Shown here piece after piece: positions 19,232 through 29,403 of a stretch of DNA of 64,000 nucleotides. This stretch comes from Bdellovibrionales bacterium (GTDB taxonomy: Bacteria; Pseudomonadota; Alphaproteobacteria; JAIXQD01): the NCBI GenBank assembly GCA_050248995.1, contig JBFWRI010000009.1, positions 746 through 64,745 on the forward strand, given 5' to 3'. Both the position numbers and the translations under genes were made by a program. A model generated the notes under the pieces. It was not told the DNA's origin and made no database searches. It worked only from the letters and a program-made list of their open reading frames with translations. Each line of letters opens with the position of its first letter. Positions within the stretch are counted from its first letter, which is position 1.

Positions 19232-20307
19232 CGCCTGTAGCGCTGAACAAGACTGTGAAGCCGGGTCAGCCCCGCGTCGTTCCTCGAAGGCGATGCGCCA
19301 GATGTATCGTCGTCCTCGTCCGGCGGGGGATCCTCGCCCTCGCTATCATCCCCGTCTTCACCGTCCGGCAATTCCTCATCATCCTCGCCTTGGTTGAAGT
19401 CAACCGCGTCAGACGATTCAAAACAATAGTCATCGTCATTGCCGGCTGATGACGCGCCGGGCTCAGGGTCATCGTCATCTTCATCATTTCCGCTGTCATG
19501 CAGCCCACGCTTTTCATCGTCATCAAGTGTGACATCGGTGCCAAGGAAAAAGCCTTCCTTGTTCAGCGCTTCAGCCAGATCGCACATATCGCGCGCGAAG
19601 GTATCATCCGGCGATGCGCAAAAGATTTCAACGGCACGCTGCAGACTGGGATATTCCCCGAAAACGTCCAGCGCATCAGGCACATCTTTCTGACGACGCG
19701 CCAGCGCCCCGATCAGGCCGCCCAGGCTTTCGACGATCTGTGCCATGTTCTCATCCAGCGCGCTTGGATTCTCAACCGTCGCAATCGTCAGGTAGTGGTC
19801 GCAGGTATCAGCAATCCCCTGCAGAACGGCAGCCGGGATGGCGATTCCTGGCGGGGCGTAATATACGAAACCCGTCAACAGGTCTGTCCCAAGCGACGTG
19901 TAATCCTGCGGGGTGAACTGCATCAGGTGTGCGGCGGATTCGGCGAACGCTTTGTCCAGCTGCACGAAACGCTGCCGGTTGTCGTCATCGCATACACCGC
20001 CCTGCCCGATATATTCGCATAACACCTCGCCCAGTGCACGCAGTTCGTCGTGCTGCCACGACTCGCCGCCGTTGGTTTCGATCGACTGGTTCGATATAAA
20101 ATCAATCAGCACATCGGGGTTGTGCCAGAAAAAAGCTTCGACTACTTTTTCACGGAAATGGTTGCGATCATCGCTATCGGCCAACATGTATTGTTCCAGC
20201 AAGCGGTCAGCCGTGCGGCCATCCAGCTTGAGCGAAAAACTGTTCGACAGGCCGCTGACTTCATCAAAAAAAGCCGGGAAGTCGATTTTGGAGGCACTCG
20301 CATTCAT
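19228..20307 (-). CDS. hypothetical protein with an extremely acidic low-complexity C-terminal tail
   Basis: 359 aa. The C-terminal roughly 90 residues are about 50% Asp/Glu (DDDEKRGLHDSGNDEDDDDPEPG...DGEDGDDSEGEDPPPDEDDD). It is convergent with the ABC exporter and overlaps it by 4 nt. Confidence 0.45.
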   Translation of the reverse strand: MNASASKIDFPAFFDEVSGLSNSFSLKLDGRTADRLLEQYMLADSDDRNHFREKVVEAFFWHNPDVLIDFISNQSIETNGGESWQHDELRALGEVLCEYIGQGGVCDDDNRQRFVQLDKAFAESAAHLMQFTPQDYTSLGTDLLTGFVYYAPPGIAIPAAVLQGIADTCDHYLTIATVENPSALDENMAQIVESLGGLIGALARRQKDVPDALDVFGEYPSLQRAVEIFCASPDDTFARDMCDLAEALNKEGFFLGTDVTLDDDEKRGLHDSGNDEDDDDPEPGASSAGNDDDYCFESSDAVDFNQGEDDEELPDGEDGDDSEGEDPPPDEDDDTSGASPSRNDAGLTRLHSLVQRYRR

Positions 20308-20373
20308 GCCGGCAGCCTAGGAAACAGGGCGCCGCATTGTCAAACCACATAATACTTGCGTTAAGAACTAGGC

Positions 20374-21090
20374 TTACAAGAAGCCTACCAGCAACTTTGT
20401 TACTTTTTCCGGCTGTTCCAGCGGACTCAGATGGCCGCAATCCTCAAGAATATGAGCCTGCGCACCCGGGATGGCGTCCGCCATTTCGTTGATCTCTTCC
20501 ACAGATATCAAGCGGTCATCGGCTCCGCCGATAATCAGTGTCGGCTGGGTGATGGTGGGCAACACGTCGCGACTGTCGGGCCGGTGCAAAATGGCAGTCT
20601 GCTGCATTTCGAATACGCTTTGGCCAATGCGCGCAGCCATATCGAAAATCACCTGCGTAATCGCGGGATCATGAATATGCTTTTCATTAATCAGATTCGG
20701 TAGCAGCCGCGGCGTCACGCCCTTGAAGCGACCGGTGCGCGACAGTGCTATCAGCGCACGGCGGCGGTTTTTGCGGTCTTCTGTATCCTCACGCGCTGAT
20801 GTATTCATCAGCACAATCTTAGCAATGCGGTTGCGCTGGCCAACGGCGGCCAGCTGACGCAGGATTTCGAACGCCACATAACCACCTGTTGAAAGGCCCG
20901 CCAGCGCAAAGCGCGGCGGCGCCTTGGCGATCACACCGTCGGCCAGATCCAGGATGTTATTGGCGAATGTGGGTGGCACGACAATACATTCGTGGCTTGC
21001 CTGCAACACCTTGATTTGCGGGGCAAATAAAGCCTCGTCGCACAGCATGCCGGGGATGAAAACAATAGGTAATCCTTGACTATCAGGCAT
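20374..21090 (-). CDS. alpha/beta-fold hydrolase
   Basis: 238 aa with nucleophile-elbow GLSTGG and a C-terminal His region (EDCGHLSPLEQP). Confidence 0.7.
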   Translation of the reverse strand: MPDSQGLPIVFIPGMLCDEALFAPQIKVLQASHECIVVPPTFANNILDLADGVIAKAPPRFALAGLSTGGYVAFEILRQLAAVGQRNRIAKIVLMNTSAREDTEDRKNRRRALIALSRTGRFKGVTPRLLPNLINEKHIHDPAITQVIFDMAARIGQSVFEMQQTAILHRPDSRDVLPTITQPTLIIGGADDRLISVEEINEMADAIPGAQAHILEDCGHLSPLEQPEKVTKLLVGFL

Positions 21091-21197
21091 GAAAGAAGAT
21101 ATAGCTTATCGCGTCATAGATGGACAGGGGTTCATCGCAAGGCTTTTTAGCAGGGCCTGTGACACAGGCAACACTAACCGCTAAAAGCAAAGAGTAT

Positions 21198-22694
21198 ATG
21201 ACAACATTTCATGATTTAGGTCTTGGCGCCGAAACGCTCCGCGCCATTGACGAACTGGGTTACACCACACCAACGCCAATTCAGGAAAAAGCCATCCCGT
21301 GGGTCCAGATGGGCCGCGACGTTATCGGCGTGGCGCAAACCGGCACCGGCAAAACGGCCAGCTTTACCCTGCCGATGATCGACATCCTGTCGGGCGGGCG
21401 TGCCAAGGCACGCATGCCGCGCTCGCTGATCCTGTCGCCCACGCGCGAACTGGCAACGCAGATTGCCGACAACTTCGACAAATTCACCAAATACCAGCCG
21501 CTGACCAAGGCGCTGCTGATTGGCGGCGAGAACATGGATCCGCAGATTGCCCTGCTGGACCGCGGTGTTGACGTGTTGATCGCCACGCCCGGCCGCTTCC
21601 TCGACCTGTTCGAACGCGGGCGCATCCTGCTGACCGATATCAAGGTGTTCGTGATCGATGAAGCCGACCGCATGCTGGACATGGGCTTTATCCCGGATAT
21701 CGAAAAAATTGCCACGCTGCTGCCGCCCCTGCGCCAAACACTGCTGTTCAGCGCCACGATGGAACCGGCCATCAAGCGCCTTGCTGAAAAGTTTCTGTCG
21801 AATCCCAAGGAAATCGCTGTCGCCCCGCCGGCCGCTGTTACCACAACCATCGCTGCACACCTTGTGCGCACGGTGGATATGCAGAAACGCGCCGTTCTGC
21901 GCCACCTGCTGAAGCAGGATAATGTCACCAACGCCATGGTCTTCTGCAACCGCAAGCGTGACATTGACGTACTGGTGAAATCACTGAAACGCCACGGCTT
22001 CAATGCTGAAGGCCTGCACGGCGATATGGTGCAAAGCCGCCGCACCGAAACGCTGGACAAGTTCCGCGTCAACGATATCCACATCCTTATCTGCTCAGAC
22101 GTCGCCGCCCGCGGGCTTGATATCAAAGGCGTCAGCCACGTGTTCAACTTCGACGTACCGTTCAACGCCGAAGATTACGTGCACCGCATCGGCCGCACTG
22201 GCCGCGCCGGCATGTCGGGCATCGCCTATACGCTTGTCACCCCTGATGACGCCGAGCTGCTGGATAACATCCACAAGCTGACCAACCAGGTGGTCGCTGA
22301 ATTCACGCTGGAAGGCTTCGTTCCCGCCGAACACAAACATGGCGGTGACCGCCGCGGCGGCCGCGACGAAAAGCGCGGCGGCAAGGGCAAAGATCGCAAC
22401 CGCCGGGGCGGCAAAGACCGCAGCCGTAGTAGCCGTGACCGCGCGCCCAAGCATGGTGCTCCGCGCCATGATGTCCCGCATGGCGATATGCCGCACCTTC
22501 AGCCCGTTGATCCGCGCAATAGCCAGATCCAGCAAAGCGATCACGAGCGCAAGCCCAACGATGTCGGCGCCTCGCGCCCCCGCCCCGTTTACGGCGAGGA
22601 ACGTAAAAAGCGTGACGATGGGGATGATACGCCTACAGGTGCCGGCTTCGGCGACGAAATGCCAGCATTTTTCAGCGTTGGCAACAAGCGTTAA
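21198..22694 (+). CDS. DEAD-box ATP-dependent RNA helicase (RhlE-like) with an Arg/Gly/Asp-rich C-terminal tail
   Basis: Q-motif, Walker A AQTGTGKT, PTRELA, DEAD (VIDEADRM), SAT and HRIGRTGRAG. Start chosen at MTTFHDLGLG. The basic low-complexity tail (RRGGRDEKRGGKGKDRNRRGGKDRSRSSRDR) follows. Confidence 0.88.
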   Translation: MTTFHDLGLGAETLRAIDELGYTTPTPIQEKAIPWVQMGRDVIGVAQTGTGKTASFTLPMIDILSGGRAKARMPRSLILSPTRELATQIADNFDKFTKYQPLTKALLIGGENMDPQIALLDRGVDVLIATPGRFLDLFERGRILLTDIKVFVIDEADRMLDMGFIPDIEKIATLLPPLRQTLLFSATMEPAIKRLAEKFLSNPKEIAVAPPAAVTTTIAAHLVRTVDMQKRAVLRHLLKQDNVTNAMVFCNRKRDIDVLVKSLKRHGFNAEGLHGDMVQSRRTETLDKFRVNDIHILICSDVAARGLDIKGVSHVFNFDVPFNAEDYVHRIGRTGRAGMSGIAYTLVTPDDAELLDNIHKLTNQVVAEFTLEGFVPAEHKHGGDRRGGRDEKRGGKGKDRNRRGGKDRSRSSRDRAPKHGAPRHDVPHGDMPHLQPVDPRNSQIQQSDHERKPNDVGASRPRPVYGEERKKRDDGDDTPTGAGFGDEMPAFFSVGNKR

Positions 22695-22744
22695 CCAGCC
22701 GTCACGCCCTTTACGCCCCCCGCGGCTGGCTGTAATTTCCTTCG

Positions 22745-24961
22745 ATGTTCAGGAAAACCCTTTTCACGCTGCTTTTTGCAGCGTGGGCCTTGTCGGCCCA
22801 CGCGCAGCAGAAGTTCATGAACAGCGAAGAAGGTTTCTTCTTCATCGCCGACCGGGTTGAATTTAACGAACAGACAAACGTGATGACGGCATCCGGTAAT
22901 GTCGAGATCACCAACAGCAACCACGTCGTTAAAGCCGACAAGCTGGTTTACGACGTCAACGCCAAGCGCATCATCGCCAGCGGCAATGTGGCCGAAATCG
23001 AACCGACGGGCGACATCCTTTTCGCCGACGAAGCCGATCTGACCGATGATTTCGGCAACGGTTTTGCCCGCAACGTCAGCCTGCTGCTGGCCGACAACTC
23101 ACGCATGACCGGTCGCGCCGCCCAGCGCCGCACATCAGCCGACGGCGTTGAAACGATGGATCTGGCACAGGCCACCTATTCGCCATGCAACCTGTGTGTT
23201 GAGGACCCCGATAAGCCGCCGCTGTGGCAGGTCAGGGCTGACCGCGTCAACCACAGCATGGAAACGCATGACGTAACCTATGAAGATGCGTGGCTGGAAT
23301 TCGGCGGTGTTAAAACGCTTTACATGCCGCAGTTTTCGCACCCCGACCCGACCGTCAAGCGCCGCACCGGCTTTTTAACGCCTACATTTGGTTACGGCAC
23401 CACCATCGGCACATTCGTTAAAGTCCCTTATTATATGGACGTTGCGCCGAATCTTGATGTCACACTTACCCCTACATTCAGCGAGTACGACAGTGTTCAG
23501 ATGCTTGGTGAGGTGCGCAAGCGCTGGCACGACAGCCGACTGGATCTTGAAGGCAGCATCGTGCAGGCCGAGCTAACGGAAGAAAACGGTGTCGTGCGGC
23601 AGGACCAGCTGCGCGGCCATGTGCGCGGTGAGTTCAAGCACGAGATCGATGAATACTGGCGCAGCGGCGCGGATGTATACTGGGCGTCCGACAAAACCTA
23701 CCTTGATCGCTACCGCTACCGCAATTCAACCGACGTACTGACCAACCGCGCTTATCTTGAGGGTTTCAACCGCCGCGATTACGCCGCTGCGGAAATGTTC
23801 TATTTCCAGGATACGCGACCGGGCGTGCGTCTCAGCCAGCCGTATGTGCTGCCACGCCTGCGCGCTGAGACCTATGGCAATCCATCAGGCCTTGGGCAGG
23901 GCATCGGCGGGCGCTGGAAACTGGGCGCCGAAGTGCTGCAACTGGAACGCCCGAAGGACAAACTGGATACCAAGCATGTCAGCAGTTACACGGGCTGGGA
24001 ACGCACCGATATCTTTCCGGTTGGCCTAGTCAGCACTGTCAACCTTGATGCGCGCGTAGACGGTTACCTTACCAGCAACTACACCAACCCCACATCGCTG
24101 ACAGTGGAAGAGGAAACCAACCGCCTGCGCGGGTTCCCCAGTGCCCAGCTGACGCTGCGTTATCCGTTGACGCGCCAGTTCGGTTCTGTACAGCAGACCA
24201 TCGAACCGATCGTTGCCGCCTTTGCTGCGCCCGTGCTCAGCGATCGTGATATCCCGAACGAAGACAGCGCCGACTTCGAATTCGACCACACTAATCTTTT
24301 CCGCGCCAACCGCTTCACTGGTGTTGACCGTCTGGAAGGCGGACCGCGTGTCACCTACGGGGTTCGTACCGGTGTTTATGGTTTTGGCGGTGGCAGCGCC
24401 AGCGCGTTCTTGGGCCAGAGCCACAGGTTCAGGCGCGATACCGACTTTGCCCAGAACAGTGGCCTGTTCAAGCAAACATCCGACTATGTGGGCCGGGTGA
24501 CGCTGGATCCCGCGCCGTGGTTGTTCTTCGATTACAACTTCCGCGTCGACCAGACGTCGCTGCAGCCGCGCAAGCATGACGCGCGTGTAGCATTGGGCAG
24601 CACGCCATTGCGTTTCGAGGCCAACTACCTGTTCCTTGATGACCGTGCCGGCACCATCACCGGCCTTAGCAGCGAAGAACTGGCTGCCAGCATGACCTAT
24701 GCCTTCACCGATTATTGGAGTGCCTTCGTGGCGCAAAAACGCATCTTCCAGCCGGATTCACTGCCGATCGCCACCACCATTGGTGTCAATTACGCTGACG
24801 AATGCTTCAACTTCGGCTTCATGGTCACGCGCGATCACACGGTGCGTACCGGCGTCGAGAACGGAACGTCATTCTTCCTGCGCCTGATCCTTAAGAACCT
24901 CGGCGGTATCGAAACACCGGTGAACGCCGGCAACGTCTTCAATGACGATGAGCGGCGCTAA
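22745..24961 (+). CDS. lptD: LPS-assembly outer-membrane protein LptD
   Basis: 738 aa. Signal peptide, N-terminal OstA-like region, and a large beta-barrel with a C-terminal aromatic-rich end. Confidence 0.85.
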   Translation: MFRKTLFTLLFAAWALSAHAQQKFMNSEEGFFFIADRVEFNEQTNVMTASGNVEITNSNHVVKADKLVYDVNAKRIIASGNVAEIEPTGDILFADEADLTDDFGNGFARNVSLLLADNSRMTGRAAQRRTSADGVETMDLAQATYSPCNLCVEDPDKPPLWQVRADRVNHSMETHDVTYEDAWLEFGGVKTLYMPQFSHPDPTVKRRTGFLTPTFGYGTTIGTFVKVPYYMDVAPNLDVTLTPTFSEYDSVQMLGEVRKRWHDSRLDLEGSIVQAELTEENGVVRQDQLRGHVRGEFKHEIDEYWRSGADVYWASDKTYLDRYRYRNSTDVLTNRAYLEGFNRRDYAAAEMFYFQDTRPGVRLSQPYVLPRLRAETYGNPSGLGQGIGGRWKLGAEVLQLERPKDKLDTKHVSSYTGWERTDIFPVGLVSTVNLDARVDGYLTSNYTNPTSLTVEEETNRLRGFPSAQLTLRYPLTRQFGSVQQTIEPIVAAFAAPVLSDRDIPNEDSADFEFDHTNLFRANRFTGVDRLEGGPRVTYGVRTGVYGFGGGSASAFLGQSHRFRRDTDFAQNSGLFKQTSDYVGRVTLDPAPWLFFDYNFRVDQTSLQPRKHDARVALGSTPLRFEANYLFLDDRAGTITGLSSEELAASMTYAFTDYWSAFVAQKRIFQPDSLPIATTIGVNYADECFNFGFMVTRDHTVRTGVENGTSFFLRLILKNLGGIETPVNAGNVFNDDERR

Positions 24962-25030
24962 GACATAAAACCCTTTTTTCGTCAAAATCGGCCCCTTGCC
25001 CGTCACTTTCATTCGGCTTAACCTCAGCCT

Positions 25031-25573
25031 ATGAAAATACTTCCCTTCTTTCTTTTCCTTTTAGCGCTCATGTGTGGAGACCGTGCGATGGCGGCTGATC
25101 TTGAAAATACCCTGTACCTTGACCTTAAAGACGGCCGCGTTGTCATCCAGTTGCGTCCTGACCTTGCACCAGCCACCGTTGCCCGTATCAAGGAACTGAC
25201 GCGTAGTGGATTTTACGACGGCATCGTGTTCCACCGCGTGATCGATGGTTTCATGGCCCAGGGCGGCGACCCCACGGGCACCGGAACCGGCGGCAGCGGC
25301 CAGAAACTGAAGGCCGAATTCTCGAATGCCAAGCATGTACGCGGCACAGTATCGATGGCGCGCGCGGCCAGCCCTGACTCGGCTGACAGCCAGTTCTTCA
25401 TCTGCTTCGAGCCGGCGTCGTTCCTTGACGGGCAATACACTATTTTCGGCGAGGTCATCAGCGGTATGGAATTCGTTGATAACATCAAGAAGGGCAGCCG
25501 TGCTAACAACGGCACCGTGACCGACCCCGACAAGATTGTTGCCATGCGGGTCGCTGCCGACGTCAAGGAATAA
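25031..25573 (+). CDS. ppiA: periplasmic cyclophilin-type peptidyl-prolyl cis-trans isomerase
   Basis: Signal peptide plus cyclophilin motifs (FHRVIDGFMAQGGDP, SMARAASPDSADSQFFI). Confidence 0.88.
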   Translation: MKILPFFLFLLALMCGDRAMAADLENTLYLDLKDGRVVIQLRPDLAPATVARIKELTRSGFYDGIVFHRVIDGFMAQGGDPTGTGTGGSGQKLKAEFSNAKHVRGTVSMARAASPDSADSQFFICFEPASFLDGQYTIFGEVISGMEFVDNIKKGSRANNGTVTDPDKIVAMRVAADVKE

Positions 25574-25655
25574 CCCCCTTCCTTGAAAAATCGTCAGCAA
25601 ATACGCCCCTGACGGCATTCTGTTCAAATGCTTCGCTTTGCCCTATCAATAGGGC

Positions 25656-27407
25656 GTGACGACATCTTCTTCTAGGCTTTCCTTTCTACGCAGGCTGTGG
25701 CCCTTCATCACAGCCTATAAAGCGCGGCTGCTGGTTGCTCTCACCTGCCTGATCATCGCCGCCACGCTGCTGCTGGGTCTGGGGCAAGGCCTGCGTCTTG
25801 TCATCGACCGTGGCTTTGCCGGCGCGAATACAGATTTTCTTAATCAGGCTGTTATCGGCATCGTCGCGCTAACCACGCTTCTGGCCATCGCTTCCAGCCT
25901 GCGTTTTTACATGATCAGCTGGATGGGCGAACGCATTTCAACCGACCTGCGCGACAAACTGTTTGCGCACCTGCTGACGCTCGACGCCTCGTTTTATGAA
26001 ACAGCGCGCACGGGCGACCTTGTCGCGCGCGTTACCAACGATACCGCCGTGCTGCAGAATACCATCGGCAGCACATCGTCGATGGCGCTGCGCCATACGC
26101 TGATGCTGGCCGGCGGCATGGTTATGCTGCTATTGACCAGCGCAAAACTGACGGCCATCGTGCTGCTGGTTGTGCCTGTGGTTGTGGCGCCGCTGGCTAT
26201 TTTTCGTCACCGCCTGCGCAACCTGGCACGCAGCGCGCAGGATGAACTGGCGAATGTAGGTGCCGAAACCAGCGAAATGCTGGGCGCCCTGCGCACCGTG
26301 CAGGCCTTTGCCAACGAACCGTTGGCCAGCCGTGTTTTCAACACGCAGAACGAGGTTACTTTTACCGTCAACCGCAACCGCTTTCGCGTACGCGCCATGC
26401 TGACGGCGCTGGTCATTTTCCTGATCTATGCCGCCATCGGCGTCATCCTGTGGGTTGGCGGACACGATGTGATTGACGGGCGCATCACGGGCGGCCAGCT
26501 GTCGGCTTTCGTATTCTATGCCGTGCTGGTGGCGGCGGCCGTCGCCGCACTGGCCGAAGTGGCCGCCGATATCGAACGCGCCATCGGTGCCACGGGCCGC
26601 ATTTTCGAGCTGCTGGATTTGCGCCCGCATGTACTGTCGCCTGCCAACCCGCGTGCGCTGCCACAGCCAGCGCAGGGAACCGTCACCTTCAATAACATCG
26701 GCTTTGCCTATCCCAGCGCGCCCGGCAAGCCAATCCTGCATGATGTTTCATTCACCGTCCGTAAGGGCGAAACTGTGGCAATTGTCGGCCCTAGCGGCGC
26801 CGGCAAAACAACTCTGTTCAACCTGCTGCTGCGTTTTTATGACCCCGTATCCGGCATCGTCACGCTGGATGACATTCCCGTGAACCAGCTGGACCTGAAA
26901 ACGCTGCGCGGCGCCGTCGCGCTGGTGCCGCAGGACCCGGTGCTGTTTTCAGGCAGCATTCGTGATAATATCCGGTTCGGCAAACCGGATGCGACAGAAG
27001 AGGAAATCATCGCCGCTGCAAGGCAGGCGCAGGCGCTGGAATTCATCGAGCGACAGCCACAGGGCTTCGATACACGTGTCGGCGAGCGCGGCATCAAGCT
27101 TTCGGGCGGGCAAAAGCAGCGCGTTACCATCGCCCGCACACTGCTGAAAAATCCGCCGGTACTACTGCTTGATGAAGCAACGTCGGCGCTGGATGCCGCC
27201 AGCGAGCATCTGGTGCAGGAAGCTTTAAATCAGGCGATGCATGGGCGCACCACGCTGGTGATCGCGCACCGGCTTGCCACCGTACGCGCCGCCGACCGCA
27301 TTCTGGTGTTCGATCACGGGCGACTCACCGACCAAGGCACCCACGAAGATCTGGTCACCAAGGGCGGCCTGTACGCAAATCTTGCCGCTCTGCAGTTCCA
27401 GTCTTAA
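25656..27407 (+). CDS. ABC exporter, fused permease/ATPase
   Basis: 583 aa. 6-TM N-terminus, Walker A GPSGAGKTT, LSGGQKQR, LLLDEATSALD. Confidence 0.85.
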   Translation: MTTSSSRLSFLRRLWPFITAYKARLLVALTCLIIAATLLLGLGQGLRLVIDRGFAGANTDFLNQAVIGIVALTTLLAIASSLRFYMISWMGERISTDLRDKLFAHLLTLDASFYETARTGDLVARVTNDTAVLQNTIGSTSSMALRHTLMLAGGMVMLLLTSAKLTAIVLLVVPVVVAPLAIFRHRLRNLARSAQDELANVGAETSEMLGALRTVQAFANEPLASRVFNTQNEVTFTVNRNRFRVRAMLTALVIFLIYAAIGVILWVGGHDVIDGRITGGQLSAFVFYAVLVAAAVAALAEVAADIERAIGATGRIFELLDLRPHVLSPANPRALPQPAQGTVTFNNIGFAYPSAPGKPILHDVSFTVRKGETVAIVGPSGAGKTTLFNLLLRFYDPVSGIVTLDDIPVNQLDLKTLRGAVALVPQDPVLFSGSIRDNIRFGKPDATEEEIIAAARQAQALEFIERQPQGFDTRVGERGIKLSGGQKQRVTIARTLLKNPPVLLLDEATSALDAASEHLVQEALNQAMHGRTTLVIAHRLATVRAADRILVFDHGRLTDQGTHEDLVTKGGLYANLAALQFQS

Positions 27408-27763
27408 GCTGTTTCAAGAAACCAGAGCGCTGCAATACCGCAAACAATGCCGATGATCTGGCGCGTATTCAAAGTATCACCGAAAGCAAAATACGCATAC
27501 AGCAGGTACACCAGAACGTTCAGGGTCAGCACGGCAACAGTTCCGGCGGCAATGTTCTGCTCTAAAAAACTGAACATCACGCACACTGTGCTAAGGGAAT
27601 AAAGCGACCAGGTCACGGCGAATCCCCCCACCCACTGAGTCGCAAACCAGTTGCGTATCGCAATATCGCCTGCGGTTAACAGCAGCGCACCCAGCACAGT
27701 CCACCAGACTGATGGAATGGCTCCGGCAATGACTGCATAAGATGGCATGGCGGTAAAATACAT
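27404..27763 (-). CDS. small 4-TM membrane protein (SMR/EamA-like)
   Basis: 119 aa with four hydrophobic helices. It overlaps the ABC exporter stop by 4 nt. Confidence 0.45.
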   Translation of the reverse strand: MYFTAMPSYAVIAGAIPSVWWTVLGALLLTAGDIAIRNWFATQWVGGFAVTWSLYSLSTVCVMFSFLEQNIAAGTVAVLTLNVLVYLLYAYFAFGDTLNTRQIIGIVCGIAALWFLETA

Positions 27764-27799
27764 GGGTTTTTGAGCCTTACCTAGCGCCTGATATCCCAG

Positions 27800-27808
27800 T
27801 TATCCACA
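27800..27808. promoter_or_regulatory. perfect DnaA-box consensus TTATCCACA in the divergent intergenic region
   Basis: Exact 9-mer, about 37 bp upstream of the small membrane-protein gene start. The same 13-mer AGTTATCCACAGG recurs at 32819-32831. Confidence 0.3.
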
Positions 27809-27961
27809 GGATGGCACGGTGGCACGGCAATTTCTTGAGCTTTTTCAACAGGCTGACCGGCCTTTTGACTGGCAAAATCACGGTTTCCGGCTTGTCGATA
27901 AACAACGAGCCGTTTAAACATAGATGCAAGCGAATCTGCACCTTTCAAGGATTAAATACGA

Positions 27962-29317
27962 ATGGCTTCCCTTTCACACCGTCTGCGTTTTTCCGTTGCA
28001 CTGGTTGCCATGCTGGTTGCCAGCGGCTGTGCGAATGCAACATCCGCCGTTGATGTTCCCGAAAAGCCCAGTCAGGTTCTGCAGCTGCCGAAAGGTTACC
28101 GCGCGGCTGATAACGATTTTGATGCCAAGACACTCAGCACGATTGAAAACAAGGCCCCCAAAACCAAGGCGACCTCATTTTCATCAAACGACCCTCTGGC
28201 ACAAGTGCAGGATAATCCGACTGGCACCTTTGTCGGCCAGCGCACGCATGAACTGATGGTTGATATCGCCCGCGCACGCGAGGTGATTGAAACGCGCGAC
28301 AACACGCTGCAGGAAATACGCCGTGATGCCGCACAGGCCGCTGTCACCTATCACAGCAGCGTTGCGGCCGTTGAGGCGCGCCTGCAGGCCGGCACAACAC
28401 CCGGCAACCCGATCCTGCTGAAGCAGTGGGATGAGGCACAGGCCAACCTTGATACGATGAACAGCTCGATCAACCGCCTGAACACGCTGTCGACCGAAGT
28501 TTCGGCCGATGCGTCGATGGTTGGCTACCTGCTGGGCTCGGTGAAGGCCGCTTTCCAGCTGAACGGCGCCATTGATGAAGACCACGAAAACCTGCGCAAG
28601 CTGCAGGAAGTCGTCACCCAGCAGATCTACAGCATCGAGCAGACCAAAACTGCCATCAGCGAAGACCTGCTGCGCCTCAACAGCTATGTTTCAACCGAAC
28701 GCAACAATCTGCAGACGCTGGCCTTTGGTATCGACCGCGGCGAATATCTTGGCAACAACCTGGCCAACCGCCCGATCGTCGCCGGCCCCTCGCCAGCCGT
28801 GTACAGCCGTCCAGCTCCCCCGCCGATGGCCGATGTGCCGTTCGATCCCTATTCACGTACTGGCGTTGCCACCGGTACGGCCGATACCAGCTTCGGCATG
28901 CTGCCGACCGACAGCGCGGTTGCTGCGGGTGCCGACCCGACGATGCCTGTTCCGGCCCCTACGCCCTATATGGCGCCGGTCACACAAAACCTTGATGCGC
29001 TTCCCAGCGAAGCCGACAACCGCATGCTGGCCCTGATCCGCTTTAACAAGCCTGATGTTCAGTTTGAAAAACAGCTGTATGACGCCGTATCAAACGCGCT
29101 CGACCAGATGCCGGCCGCCGTGTTCACGGTGATGGCTGTTGCCCCCGATACGGGCAATGCCGCTGATGTCGCCAACGGCACCGCCGAAGCCCAGCGCCAC
29201 GCCGACGCTGTTAAGCGCAGCCTGATTTCGATGGGCCTGCCGCCCAACCGCATTGCCATGGCCGCACAAGGCAGCAAGGTTGCCGAAGTGCCTGAAGTGC
29301 ACGTGATGGTTCGCTAA
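27962..29317 (+). CDS. lipoprotein with a central coiled-coil and a C-terminal OmpA/Pal-like peptidoglycan-binding domain
   Basis: Lipobox LVASGC. The mature part is Gln/Leu-rich. The C-terminal about 100 aa resemble OmpA_C (AVFTVMAVAPDTGNAADVANGTAEAQRHADAVKRSLISMGLPPNRI). Confidence 0.55.
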   Translation: MASLSHRLRFSVALVAMLVASGCANATSAVDVPEKPSQVLQLPKGYRAADNDFDAKTLSTIENKAPKTKATSFSSNDPLAQVQDNPTGTFVGQRTHELMVDIARAREVIETRDNTLQEIRRDAAQAAVTYHSSVAAVEARLQAGTTPGNPILLKQWDEAQANLDTMNSSINRLNTLSTEVSADASMVGYLLGSVKAAFQLNGAIDEDHENLRKLQEVVTQQIYSIEQTKTAISEDLLRLNSYVSTERNNLQTLAFGIDRGEYLGNNLANRPIVAGPSPAVYSRPAPPPMADVPFDPYSRTGVATGTADTSFGMLPTDSAVAAGADPTMPVPAPTPYMAPVTQNLDALPSEADNRMLALIRFNKPDVQFEKQLYDAVSNALDQMPAAVFTVMAVAPDTGNAADVANGTAEAQRHADAVKRSLISMGLPPNRIAMAAQGSKVAEVPEVHVMVR

Positions 29318-29347
29318 TAAAATTCGCCCGCGATTATCGCGATAAAA

Positions 29348-29372
29348 GCCCGGCCAAAGCCGGGTTTTTTAT
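29348..29372 (+). terminator. rho-independent terminator (GCCCGGC-CAAA-GCCGGGT followed by TTTTTTATT)
   Basis: Perfect 7-bp GC stem with a tetraloop and a T-run, 31 nt after the stop. Confidence 0.65.
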
Positions 29373-29403
29373 TACTTTCAGTCACAGGCCCTAGAGTACA
29401 GCC

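Noticed and set aside
21216-22544. Minus-strand ORFs of 229, 294 and 149 aa
   Set aside because: Antisense to the DEAD-box helicase gene, with Arg/Ala-rich translations.
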